Source of the DNA: Vicinamibacteria bacterium
GTDB lineage: Bacteria; Acidobacteriota; Vicinamibacteria; Marinacidobacterales; Marinacidobacteraceae
Reading direction: 5' to 3'
Assembly: GCA_964291235.2 (NCBI GenBank)
Contig: OZ219815.1
Coordinates: 1,184,001-1,248,000, forward strand
DNA: 64,000 bases
The translations under genes were made by a program, and so were the position numbers. The notes beneath the pieces were generated by a model that worked only from the letters and a program-made list of their open reading frames with translations, had not been told where the DNA came from and made no database searches. Positions 1 through 10,862 of this stretch are shown piece by piece. Position 1 is the first letter of the stretch. Every line of letters begins with the position of its first letter.

Positions 1-60
1 TCGACGACGAAGTCGCCGCGGTTGGGCAACGAAGTTGATCGCCTGACGCCGCACGTTTGT

Positions 61-690
61 TCAGTGCTCGACGATCCCCAACAGTGTCCTGGCCCTCAGC
101 AACAACTCCGATGTATCTGACGTTTTCTCTACGCTCCTGAGCGTCTGCTCCAGTACCTGCGCGTTGACGGATTCGTTGATGCACAGGTGCCAATGGACGT
201 GACGATAGTCCCGCTTCAATTCCCTGAACAGTGCCTCCAGCTCGACCGCCCGCCCGCCCGCCACTTTCGGCGAAATGAACCAGATGTGCCAGCGCCTCTC
301 GTCAGAGTACCCAAGGCCCTTCAGCACGAGGTACGTGCGGAGCATCTTCTTCCGAACAGTGGGCACGGTTTCACTTGCCTTTCTTCCGTACGTTAGACCC
401 TTCTCATGGAACGCCACTTCCAAAGCGTGGACATCTCCGGCACGAGTCACTCCCAATGCGTCGAGCTCAGCCTGCTTGAGGAACTGCTCTACATCACGGA
501 CCTTCTTGAAGACATCGGGTCCGTAGCGGTGTTTCATCGTCTCAAACGCCTTGTCAAGCCACCTCCTCGTTTCTTCGGTAGCGTTGTTGAAGACGGCGCG
601 CGGCCATTTCCAGTTCGTTTGTACGACCCAACAACATTGTGCGTGACGCAGGAACGAATAGCCCAGTGATTCCATCATGTCGATTTTCAT
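61..690 (-). CDS. Hypothetical protein, probable PD-(D/E)XK-type nuclease fold
   Basis: ORF from MKIDMMESLGYSFLRH. QAELDALGV...HALEVAFH resembles a restriction-endonuclease-like active site. More AT-rich than the core genes. Confidence 0.55.
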   Translation of the reverse strand: MKIDMMESLGYSFLRHAQCCWVVQTNWKWPRAVFNNATEETRRWLDKAFETMKHRYGPDVFKKVRDVEQFLKQAELDALGVTRAGDVHALEVAFHEKGLTYGRKASETVPTVRKKMLRTYLVLKGLGYSDERRWHIWFISPKVAGGRAVELEALFRELKRDYRHVHWHLCINESVNAQVLEQTLRSVEKTSDTSELLLRARTLLGIVEH

Positions 691-842
691 CGTTGGTGCT
701 CCCTGCTCTCTCCGTTTCGAAGCGAGCACGATCCTGCTTCGACCCGCCGATATTCCGTCTTCACGAGCGGCCGGTGCACGGTCCAGTTTCGGCTCGCTGC
801 TAGCACCAGATGTTAGTGGCTGCCGGCTCCGAGGCGCACGGT

Positions 843-1658
843 CTAACCGTCAATAAGTGCGTTAGCGTTGATGGAGAATCCCGCCGCTCTCAGTTCCCTA
901 AGAAGCGAGATCTTCCACCCTCCATCGTGGTCGAGAGAAATGTAGACAACTCCCGAATAGTCTGAGGGTATCTCTATGTCGCCCTTCGTTAGTGCACAGA
1001 CCTTGTCCCTCCCCAGTTTTCCAATGAAGAAACCAAGTTCGAAGATGACATTCTGCCTTGCACGCATACTGACCTTGTCATCTCTAGAACGAAGCGAACC
1101 CGTATCGTCAGGCGTCAGGAGCACGATTGCGAATTTGACGTCGGCGTGATATTCGAATTTCTCGATGATGGTTCTGCCCTCGCTAGCCTTGTCTCCCAAG
1201 ATAATGGGTTCAATGCCCAGTCTTTGCAGCAGGCTGCTTATGGCTTCCTTAGCGCCTTCATCGCGCCCATGGACGACAAACGCCCTTGCGGCATCCGGCG
1301 GTGCGCTTGTCGAAATGTGTTGGGACACCGCAGTCGTGCTCCGATCGTCCTCCCCGTACTCTTCGATTTCCTCAATCATCGATTCGAGCATCGGTTTTGC
1401 AGTGGCTAGGCCACGGAGATATGGCGCTTGCCAATCTGTGCTTGTCCCGCCGATGAAGAACATAGGCTCGTAGTTGATCTTTCTGAATTCCTCCAGGTGC
1501 CGCGACTCTTCGCCAAACGTCCGTCCCACGGCAATTTCCGTGTTTCTGTTCCACTTCTTGAATTCTTCAGAGCCCGCCCGGAGTGTCATGAGCTCTGGCA
1601 TCGCGTCCAGCGCCCTACGAAGACGTTCCAAGGCTTTGGTCTTAGTCGGACGGGTCAT
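843..1658 (-). CDS. Nucleotide-binding protein with TIR-like domain (PF10137/Cap12-TIR-like)
   Basis: FVVHGRD, TIIEKFE, FAIVLLTPDD, RARQNVIFELGFFIG and EIPSDYSG motifs; helical N-terminal domain. Confidence 0.85.
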   Translation of the reverse strand: MTRPTKTKALERLRRALDAMPELMTLRAGSEEFKKWNRNTEIAVGRTFGEESRHLEEFRKINYEPMFFIGGTSTDWQAPYLRGLATAKPMLESMIEEIEEYGEDDRSTTAVSQHISTSAPPDAARAFVVHGRDEGAKEAISSLLQRLGIEPIILGDKASEGRTIIEKFEYHADVKFAIVLLTPDDTGSLRSRDDKVSMRARQNVIFELGFFIGKLGRDKVCALTKGDIEIPSDYSGVVYISLDHDGGWKISLLRELRAAGFSINANALIDG

Positions 1659-1792
1659 TCCTTGGTCGTTCCCATCGTTAGAAATCCCTTAGGTGGCTTC
1701 GTTGATTCCCGTTCGCCGGGTGAGAGGTTGAACGGAAACTCCGGACGTAACGGAAACCGGCTTTTTGAGCCACCCCCCTTAGGCCGTTTTGC

Positions 1793-2859
1793 CTACGGGA
1801 CCAGTGCGAGGCCCCAGGGGGACGCGCCGACCGGGATGCGGGTGATGATCTCGAGGGTTGTGGTGTCGAGGACGGTCACGTCGTTCGAGGGCCCGTTCGC
1901 CGTGTAGAGCAGGCTGCCGTCGAACGAAAGCGCGAGTCCCCAGGGACGCTCCCCCACCTCCACGTTGGCGGTGACTTCGCCGGAGGCGAGGTCCACTACG
2001 GACACGGTCTTCGACCGGCCGTTCGCCACGTAGAGCGTGGTGCCGTCCGGCGAAAGCGCGACTCCCATGCTCCGCGAGCCCTCCGGGAGTGCGATCGTCC
2101 GGCTCACTCGGTTCTCGGCGACCACGATCTCGGCGACCGTGCCGGCGATCTCGGCGGACACGTAGGCATGCGTCCCGTCCGGGGTAAAGACGAGATCCCG
2201 CGGCCGGTGCCCGACGGTGATCCGGGTGATCTCGTCGCCCGTCGAAGTGTCCAGCACCGTCACGTCGTGGTCGGTTTCGCCGGTCACGTAGGCGAGCGTC
2301 CCGTCGGGGCTGATCCGCACCCCTTCGGGCTCGGCCCCCACCGGCACGGTCCGGATGATCTCGCCGGACTCGAGGTCCACGAGACTCGCTTCGTCGGTGT
2401 CCTCGTTGGAAACCACGATGCGGGCGCCGTCGGGGGTGATGTCGAAGGTCTCGGGATCGGACCCGCCGGGGAGGATCCGGGTCCGGACCTGCTGGCGGAG
2501 GTCCACCTCGGCGATCCCGTCGAAGCGCTTGTCGGGCTCGGCGCAGCCCTCTTCCTCCATCCAGGGCGGGCACTTGGGCGATCCGGACACCGCCACGTAG
2601 GCCATCCCGCCGTCTGGAGAAGCGCGGACGCCCCGCGGCCGCCGCCCGACCTCGATCTCGGCCAGAACCTCGTGGGTGGTGGTGGCGACGATGCTGAGGG
2701 TGCCGGCGTCCTCGTTCGTGACCAGCAGGAGCGGACCGGCGGCGGGGTCAGGCGCTGCCGGAGCGCCGGAGTCGGCCGCCGGGCCCGGCTCTCCCGAGCC
2801 CCCGCAACCGGCCGCGATCACCCACAGCAGTGCTGCGCAATGGAACGCGGCCCGCCGCA

Positions 2860-2860
<1 letters not shown>
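1793..2860 (-). CDS. YVTN-family beta-propeller repeat lipoprotein
   Basis: Lipobox-like IAAGC and repeated VG..P.G...SPDG..AYV units; overlaps the PQQ dehydrogenase stop. Confidence 0.85.
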
Positions 2861-4481
<1,621 letters not shown>

Positions 4482-4485
<4 letters not shown>

Positions 4486-5264
4486 TCGGAGCCTCCTTCG
4501 GGGCCGCGCAGAGTCGCGAGGTAGGCGACCAGGTCGTCGAGCTCCTGGTCCGTGAAGTCGGCGTAGCTCATCATCATGCTCTCGTCGGGGAGCAACTGGA
4601 GCTCCCTCAGCTCGCTCTTGCGGAACGAGCGGTGCCGGCCGGCTTCGTCAATCATCTGGATCGTGAAGGTGTCCTCTGCAACCCGGACGCCCATCACGGT
4701 ACGGGAGTCCGCGGTCTCGATGAGCACCGTCCGGTAGCGGTGGTTCACGACCTTCGGCGGATCCATGACGGATTCCCGCAGGTAGGCGCTGCCCCGCAGC
4801 ATGCCGATGTCGGAGAGATCCGGCCCCAGCGCGATGCCTTCGCCGTTCACGATGTGGCAGGTCGAGCAGAGCGTCATTTCGTAGAGCTCCTTGCCCGCCA
4901 CCGGATCGCCCGGCAGATCCTCGCGCGGCGCCACGCCCAGCGAGCGGACATACGCGGCCACATTCCGGATCTCTCTCGTGTTGAGCGATCCGTGGCCCGG
5001 CATGTCGGTGCCGGCGATGCCGTTGTCCACGATCTCGAGCAGCGCGTCGTCCTCGGTAGAACGCCGCAGGTTCTCGCGCATCAGGTTGGGCCCCTCGCCG
5101 CCCACGCCGTCGAGGCCGTGGCAGCGGGAGCAGTGGATGTCGAAGACGCTCTTGCCGTGAGCCACGTCGTCGGCGCCGGCTTCGGCGAGCGGCTGAGCGG
5201 CGACAGGCGCGGCGAGCAGCAGAACTGCCAGTAACGCGAGCCAGCCGGGTCCCATTGTGCGCAT
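4482..5264 (-). CDS. Di-haem c-type cytochrome with putative haem-binding domain
   Basis: CSRCH and CSTCH haem motifs, signal peptide, 4-nt overlap with the PQQ dehydrogenase start. Confidence 0.85.
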
Positions 5265-5349
5265 GGATGTCCGTCCTCCGGTGTGGCGCACTGTAACAAG
5301 AGAAACCCGGAATACCATTGGCCGACTCTTTACCCGGTTTTCTTACGGC

Positions 5350-6552
5350 ATGGCCCGCGGCACCCCCTTCCATCCCCGCACCCAGGCGCTTTGTTCCAGC
5401 ATGCGCTGGAAGGAGTGGGCCGGCTACTACGTCGTTGACGCCTTCGACCCGTTCCACGACCCGGAGTACTACGCGGTGCGTGCCGGCGCGGCGCTGATCG
5501 ACGTCTCGCCGCTCTACAAGTACGACTTCCGCGGCCCCGACGCCACCGCGCTCACCGACCGGCTCATCACCCGGAACGTGAAGCGTTCGCGGGTGGGGCA
5601 GGTGCTCTACTCCGGCTGGTGCGACGAGCGCGGCAAGCTCCTGCAGGACGGCTGCTTCCAGCGTTTCGCGAAGGACTTCGTGCGCGCCACCGCGGTGGAC
5701 CCGGCGCTCGTCTGGTTCGAGCGCGCCGCGGCGGGGATGGATGTCCAGATCGAGGAGGTCTCGGAAGAACTCGGAGCGCTGGCGCTCCAGGGACCGGCCT
5801 CCTGCCAGATCCTGAATGCGCTCGCGGATGGGGACCTCTCCGATCTCGGGTTCTTCCGGCTCCGCGAGGTGGAGCTCGGCGGCATCCCGGTGGTCGTGAC
5901 CCGAACGGGATACACGGGTGACCTGGGATTCGAGATCTGGGTGGATCAGGAGGCCGCTTGTGCCCTCTGGGACCTCCTGCTCGAAGCGGGCGATCCCCGC
6001 GGGCTGGTCCCGGCGGGGATGCTGGCTCTCGACCGGGCTCGCGTCGAGGCGGGTTTCCCGCTCATCGACGTGGACTTCTGGAACGCCGATTTCGCGCTCA
6101 CCGAGGCGCAAAAATCCACGCCCTACGAGATGGGACTCGGCTGGGCGGTGAGCGCGAAGAAGGGACCGTTCATCGGGCAGGAGGCGCTGATGGCGGAGCG
6201 CGCCCGCGGGCCGGCGCGGTTCTTCGTGGGAATCGAGACCTCGATCATGGAACTCGAGCGGCTGTTCGCGGTCGATGATCTCGCCCCCGAGGTGTGCGAC
6301 GAAGTAAATCGAGACGGCGTCCCGGTCTATTCCGGAGGCGAGCAGGTCGGCCGGGCGACGAGCGTCGCCTGGTCGCCGCTTCTCAAGCGCCAATTGGCCC
6401 TCGCGACGGTGGATCGGGGCTATGAGGCGCCGGGAACGCCACTGGACATCGAGGTTACCGTCGAATACACGCGGCGGCGGGCGCGGTCCCGGGTGGCGCC
6501 GCTGCCGTTTTACGATCCACCGAGAAAGCGGGCCACCCCAGCGGCGTCATGA
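5350..6552 (+). CDS. Aminomethyltransferase (GcvT/DmdA-like folate-binding) family protein
   Basis: TPFH, EY.AVR..AALIDVSPL, TRTGYTGDLGFEIW and RVEAG motifs. Confidence 0.88.
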   Translation: MARGTPFHPRTQALCSSMRWKEWAGYYVVDAFDPFHDPEYYAVRAGAALIDVSPLYKYDFRGPDATALTDRLITRNVKRSRVGQVLYSGWCDERGKLLQDGCFQRFAKDFVRATAVDPALVWFERAAAGMDVQIEEVSEELGALALQGPASCQILNALADGDLSDLGFFRLREVELGGIPVVVTRTGYTGDLGFEIWVDQEAACALWDLLLEAGDPRGLVPAGMLALDRARVEAGFPLIDVDFWNADFALTEAQKSTPYEMGLGWAVSAKKGPFIGQEALMAERARGPARFFVGIETSIMELERLFAVDDLAPEVCDEVNRDGVPVYSGGEQVGRATSVAWSPLLKRQLALATVDRGYEAPGTPLDIEVTVEYTRRRARSRVAPLPFYDPPRKRATPAAS

Positions 6553-7688
6553 CATCGGCCGCTTCCGGCGCCAACGGCTCGGCCGGCGGCCGGCGGGTGC
6601 CCGCGGGCGCCTGGACGCTGCCCGCCCGCTACTACTGCGATCCGGCGGTCTTCGAGCGGGAGGGGGAACGGATCCACCGGGCGCTGTGGAACGCGGCCTG
6701 TCCGGTGGAAGAACTCGCGGGGCCCGGCGACTACCGGCTGATCGAGATCGCCGGGGATTCGGTGATCGTGGTGCGGGATGACGCGGGGGTGGTGCGCGCG
6801 CACCACAACGTGTGCCGCCACCGCGGGACCCGGCTGCTCCAGTCGGAGGAGGGATGCCTGGCCGGCTCGATCCAGTGTCCCTACCACGCCTGGACCTATG
6901 GGCTGGACGGGCGGCTCCGGCGCGCGCCGCACATGGACGAGGTGGAGGGGTTTTCCGTGTCCGACTTCCCGCTCGCCGCCGCCCGGTGCGAGGAATGGGG
7001 CGGCATCGTCTTCGTCCGGGTCGCGGAGGAGGGACCGGACCTCGAGGAGCAGATGGGTCCGGCCGGCGCCCGCATGGGAATCTGGGGCCTGGCCGACCTG
7101 CGGTCCGCTCACACCGTGTGCTACGACGTGAAGGCGAACTGGAAGCTGATCATCCAGAACTTTGCCGAGTGCCTCCATTGTCCGGTGATCCATCCCCAGT
7201 TGGCGCGCCTTTCCCACTACCTGAGCGGGGAGAACTACCCGGCCGACCCGAATGCCATCGGTGCGGCGATGGACCTCGAGGAGGGAATCGAGACGCTGTC
7301 GAGTGACGGGCGCCTCGTGGGCGTCCCCCTGCCCGGACTGCCGGCTGAATTCCGGCGCCGGGTCGGCTACGAGATCCTGTTGCCGAACGCACTGTTCTGC
7401 CTCCACCCGGACTTCGTGATCCGCTATCTGATGCGCCCGCTCGGCGTCGCCCACACCTCCATCCGCTGCGATTGGCTGTTCAGCGAGGAGTCGCTCGGGA
7501 ACGACGGTTTCGACGCTTCCCGGGCGGTCGAGTTCTGGGACGAGACGAACCGCCAGGACTGGCATGTCTCCGAACTCTCCCAGCGGGGCATTGGTTCCAG
7601 CGCGTACCGCCCGGGCCCTTACTCGAATCGCGAGGACCACCTCTGGCAGATCGACCGCCTGATCCTTGAACGCCTCGGCGAGGCATAG
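6549..7688 (+). CDS. Rieske non-haem iron oxygenase alpha subunit (choline/glycine-betaine monooxygenase-like)
   Basis: CRHRG...CPYH Rieske motif; NWK..QNFAECLHC..IH mononuclear iron site; QD near the C-terminus. Confidence 0.9.
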   Translation: MTSAASGANGSAGGRRVPAGAWTLPARYYCDPAVFEREGERIHRALWNAACPVEELAGPGDYRLIEIAGDSVIVVRDDAGVVRAHHNVCRHRGTRLLQSEEGCLAGSIQCPYHAWTYGLDGRLRRAPHMDEVEGFSVSDFPLAAARCEEWGGIVFVRVAEEGPDLEEQMGPAGARMGIWGLADLRSAHTVCYDVKANWKLIIQNFAECLHCPVIHPQLARLSHYLSGENYPADPNAIGAAMDLEEGIETLSSDGRLVGVPLPGLPAEFRRRVGYEILLPNALFCLHPDFVIRYLMRPLGVAHTSIRCDWLFSEESLGNDGFDASRAVEFWDETNRQDWHVSELSQRGIGSSAYRPGPYSNREDHLWQIDRLILERLGEA

Positions 7689-7746
7689 GAACCGCCGCAG
7701 CCGTGCGGAGTTCCGCGTAGCTGTGCCCTGCACGGCGCATGGGCTT

Positions 7747-8079
7747 GGAGCGCCGGCCTCTGGCCGGCATCGCCCGCGCAGCGGGCGAAACTCCCCAACC
7801 TGATCCGCCAGGATGGCGCCGCCGCCCGGCGGCATGGCGCATCGCCGCTGGTGCGGCGGTAGAGCGATGCGCCATCCCCGTTTGGGGTGCCGTCATCGGG
7901 GACGATTAAATCTGGGAGTTTCGCTTCGCTGCGCGCAGCGATGCCGGCCGGAGGCCGGCGCTCCTATGCGGCGGTAGAGCGATGCGCCGTCCCTGTTTGG
8001 GGTGCCGTCACCGGGGACGATTGAGTCAGGGAGTTTCGCTTCGCTGCGCGAAGCGATGCCGGCCAGAGGCCGGCGCTCC
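7747..8079. repeat. REP/BIME-like repeat cluster
   Basis: Two ~115-bp direct repeats starting at 7852 and 7967. Each ends in GGGAGTTTCGC...GCCGGCC(A/G)GAGGCCGGCGCTCC, and an inverted copy of that end lies at 7747-7795. Located between convergent genes. Confidence 0.75.
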
Positions 8080-8123
8080 TGGCTGGCGCTCCTGGCTATC
8101 GAGGCGAAAGACCGACCTCTCCT

Positions 8124-9227
8124 TTACTGGAAGTCCGTGACGTTCCCCCGCCGCAGCAGGTACTTCGGCGAGACGTACTTCAGCTTCACCCGGTTCCCCG
8201 GCAGCTCGGGACACGCGCGCTCCTTCACGGGGGAAATCACGATCCCTTCCCGGACGTGGCCGCCCCGGAAGGTGGTCTTGCCGTCCCGATGCTGTTCGGC
8301 TGCCTCGATCGAAAACGGCCCCCGGTAGAGGCGGGGCGTCAGGTCAAGGCCCCACTCGCCCTTGACCCGCGCGAGCAGCTCGTCGTAGTCGAGATAGCGG
8401 CCCGTCCGGGGCTCGCCGACGTACACGTCGAAGACGCGGAAGGCGCGCCCCTGCTGGCCGTAGTCGAGGTCCTGGACCTTCTTGCCGAAGGTCTCCCCGA
8501 GGATGAAGATCGGCTCCCCGGCGCGCTCGGAAGCGGCCCGCACCCGGTCCCAGTGCCCCCCTTCCAGCATCGCGCCCCTGAAGCTCATGACATAGAGGTT
8601 GCTCGCGTTGGCGTCGTTCCACTTGAAGGCAAGCCCGGTGTCGCTCATTCCCTTCGAGGAGATGATCGTCGCGCGCTCGAGGAGTTCCGGATGGTCGAGC
8701 CCCGGCCAGTATCCGAAGCAGGTCCAGGTGCCGTGGAGCTTCTCGGTGAACACGACCTCCTCGCCGTCGCGCAGGATGTCCGGGAACTTCTGGATGCTCT
8801 CGATGTCGTAGGACAGCGTCCGCCCGCGGACGTTGCACACCTCGCCCTGCATGTGCACCGGAATCGGCGGCTCGTACTTCACGATGTCGAGCGCCTCCGC
8901 GAGGTTCTCGCCCTCGTCGCGGCCCTCGGCCGGGTAGAGGAGCCCCTGGCTGACGATCCCGCGGAGCCGGATGGCCTTCACCCGGTTGCCCTTCTTGCCC
9001 GCGAGCATCCCCCGACCCTTCGCCGCGTCCCAGAGCCGCATCTCGCGGATGAGCGCTTCCGGGACGATGGCGTCCTCGGGGATGTACGCGACCAGATCGC
9101 CCGCCCGGTGGGCGCCGATCTTCGTGACGCAGCGGTAGCCGCGCACCACCGCGACCTCCAGCGCGTCCGCGCCGGGGTGCTCTTCGATGCGGTCCACCCG
9201 GACCACCGGAACCTCGAACTGCGCCAT
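8124..9227 (-). CDS. ATP-dependent RNA ligase, DRB0094 family
   Basis: N-terminal HPGADALE module, motif I TEKLHGT, GETFG, FRVFD, motif IV REGIVI and KLKYVS..YL. Confidence 0.88.
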   Translation of the reverse strand: MAQFEVPVVRVDRIEEHPGADALEVAVVRGYRCVTKIGAHRAGDLVAYIPEDAIVPEALIREMRLWDAAKGRGMLAGKKGNRVKAIRLRGIVSQGLLYPAEGRDEGENLAEALDIVKYEPPIPVHMQGEVCNVRGRTLSYDIESIQKFPDILRDGEEVVFTEKLHGTWTCFGYWPGLDHPELLERATIISSKGMSDTGLAFKWNDANASNLYVMSFRGAMLEGGHWDRVRAASERAGEPIFILGETFGKKVQDLDYGQQGRAFRVFDVYVGEPRTGRYLDYDELLARVKGEWGLDLTPRLYRGPFSIEAAEQHRDGKTTFRGGHVREGIVISPVKERACPELPGNRVKLKYVSPKYLLRRGNVTDFQ

Positions 9228-9338
9228 GCCCTGTACCTCGTTGATCGCTGAAAGGGCCGGGACCCTAGCGCGTGGTTGACGCCGGCGCTCGGGCAACGCG
9301 CCAGCCTGCTGCACCCGCCGCGGTACGCTCGGGCGGCG

Positions 9339-10097
9339 ATGCCCTCCGGCCCCCGCCTCTACGCCGATCTCGCCCACCTCTGGCCGCTGATGAGCCCGCC
9401 CGAGGACTACGCGGACGAGGGCGCCTGCCTGCGGAGCGAACTCGCGAAGCGCCTCGGCCCCGGCCGGGGCCGTCTCCTGGAGTTCGGGACCGGCGGCGGG
9501 CACCTCCTGCACCACCTCACCGGTGCGTTCGAGGCGACCGCGGTGGACCTTTCCGAACCGATGCTGGCACACTCGCGCCGCCTGAATCCCGGCGTCACCC
9601 ACCACGTCGGCGACATGCGGACGGCGCGCCTCGGCGAGACGTTTGATGCCGTCCTGATCCACGACGCCATCGACTACCTGCTGACGGAGGATGACCTCCG
9701 CAGCGCCTTTGCCACCGCGCGGGCGCACCTGCGCCCCGGCGGCCTGTTCCTCGCCATTCCGGACGACTACCTGGAGACGTTCGCGCCGCCCCGAATCGCC
9801 CACGAGACGCGGCGGCGGGACGGCGCCGAGCTCACCTACGTGGAGTACTCAACGGACCCGGACCCGGGCGATACGGAAATCGAGACGGTCTACGTCTACT
9901 TCTTTCGGGAGGACGGCCAGTTACGGGTCGAGGTGGACCGCCACACCACGGGCCTCTTCCCGATTGGCACCTGGGAACGGCTGCTATCGGAGGCCGGCTT
10001 CGAGCCGGAGCGCCTCGACTACCCCTTCAGCGAGCACGGCGCCGCGACCTACCTGTGGGTTTGCACGGCGCTCGGCCACTCCGTGGGCCCGGCCTGA
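9339..10097 (+). CDS. Class I SAM-dependent methyltransferase
   Basis: LLEFGTGGG, VDLSEPML, GDMR, FDAV and HLRPGG motifs. Confidence 0.88.
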   Translation: MPSGPRLYADLAHLWPLMSPPEDYADEGACLRSELAKRLGPGRGRLLEFGTGGGHLLHHLTGAFEATAVDLSEPMLAHSRRLNPGVTHHVGDMRTARLGETFDAVLIHDAIDYLLTEDDLRSAFATARAHLRPGGLFLAIPDDYLETFAPPRIAHETRRRDGAELTYVEYSTDPDPGDTEIETVYVYFFREDGQLRVEVDRHTTGLFPIGTWERLLSEAGFEPERLDYPFSEHGAATYLWVCTALGHSVGPA

Positions 10098-10102
10098 CAT
10101 CC

Positions 10103-10831
10103 ATGACCGAGTTTTCTGCCCGCGCCTCGCGAACCGGACCCGCGCTGCTTGTGACGGCTCTCATCGCCATGGCGCTGGCCGCCTGCGCGGCGACGGGTGG
10201 CCCAAGGCTGCCGCCATCGGGGAGCCAGGGATGGGTTTCGCTGCCGCTTTCGGCAGGCGGCCAACTCAATCTGCTCGTGGTGCGGCCGCCGGGGCCCGCC
10301 CGCGGAGTGGTGGTGGCCTTCCCGTGGGGTGCGGGCGATCGAAGCCTCCTCGCGGGGCTGGTCGAAACCTATTGGGACGACGCGGCGCCCGCGGCCGGAT
10401 ATGCGGTGGTCGGCGTCGAGATCTACGGTCCCGGACTCGCGGAGAGCGCCCCGGTCGTGGCGCCGGCGCTGCTGGAGTGGATCGAGCAGAACCTGCCGGA
10501 GGCGGCCGGCGAAATCATCCTCACCGGGGCCTCCGCGGGAGGTATCGGGGTCTTTCACGCCGCGCTCGCGATGCCGGACCGGGTGGCCGCGATCCTCGCG
10601 ATGCCCGGGCGCTATTCCGGGGAAGCCCCGCTGGAGTCGCTGGCCGGCGTGCCGGTCCTGCTCATGGTCGGGGCACACGACCTGCGTTGGGTGACCGGGT
10701 CGGAGACCACGGCCGAGCGCCTCCGCGCGGCCGGCGCGCAGGTAGAGCTGGATGTGGTTCCGGGCCAGGGGCACGTGCTCCGCGTGCCCCAGCGGGAGCT
10801 CATCCGGTGGATCGAGGAGCAGCGGGAATGA
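10103..10831 (+). CDS. Alpha/beta hydrolase-fold lipoprotein
   Basis: Lipobox LAAC, nucleophile elbow GASAGG, G.HD, and GQGH with the catalytic His. Confidence 0.75.
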   Translation: MTEFSARASRTGPALLVTALIAMALAACAATGGPRLPPSGSQGWVSLPLSAGGQLNLLVVRPPGPARGVVVAFPWGAGDRSLLAGLVETYWDDAAPAAGYAVVGVEIYGPGLAESAPVVAPALLEWIEQNLPEAAGEIILTGASAGGIGVFHAALAMPDRVAAILAMPGRYSGEAPLESLAGVPVLLMVGAHDLRWVTGSETTAERLRAAGAQVELDVVPGQGHVLRVPQRELIRWIEEQRE

Positions 10832-10862
10832 CCCGCCCCGGAGAACTCCCGGGCGACGCGCC

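Noticed and set aside
730-845. Possible integron attC site between the two leftmost genes (GTTAG present)
   Set aside because: No properly placed complementary RYYYAAC box or convincing attC hairpin found, and no integron integrase.
7747-8079. Possible CRISPR array
   Set aside because: The intervening sequence is itself repeated rather than unique spacers, there are only 2-3 units, and no cas genes are present.
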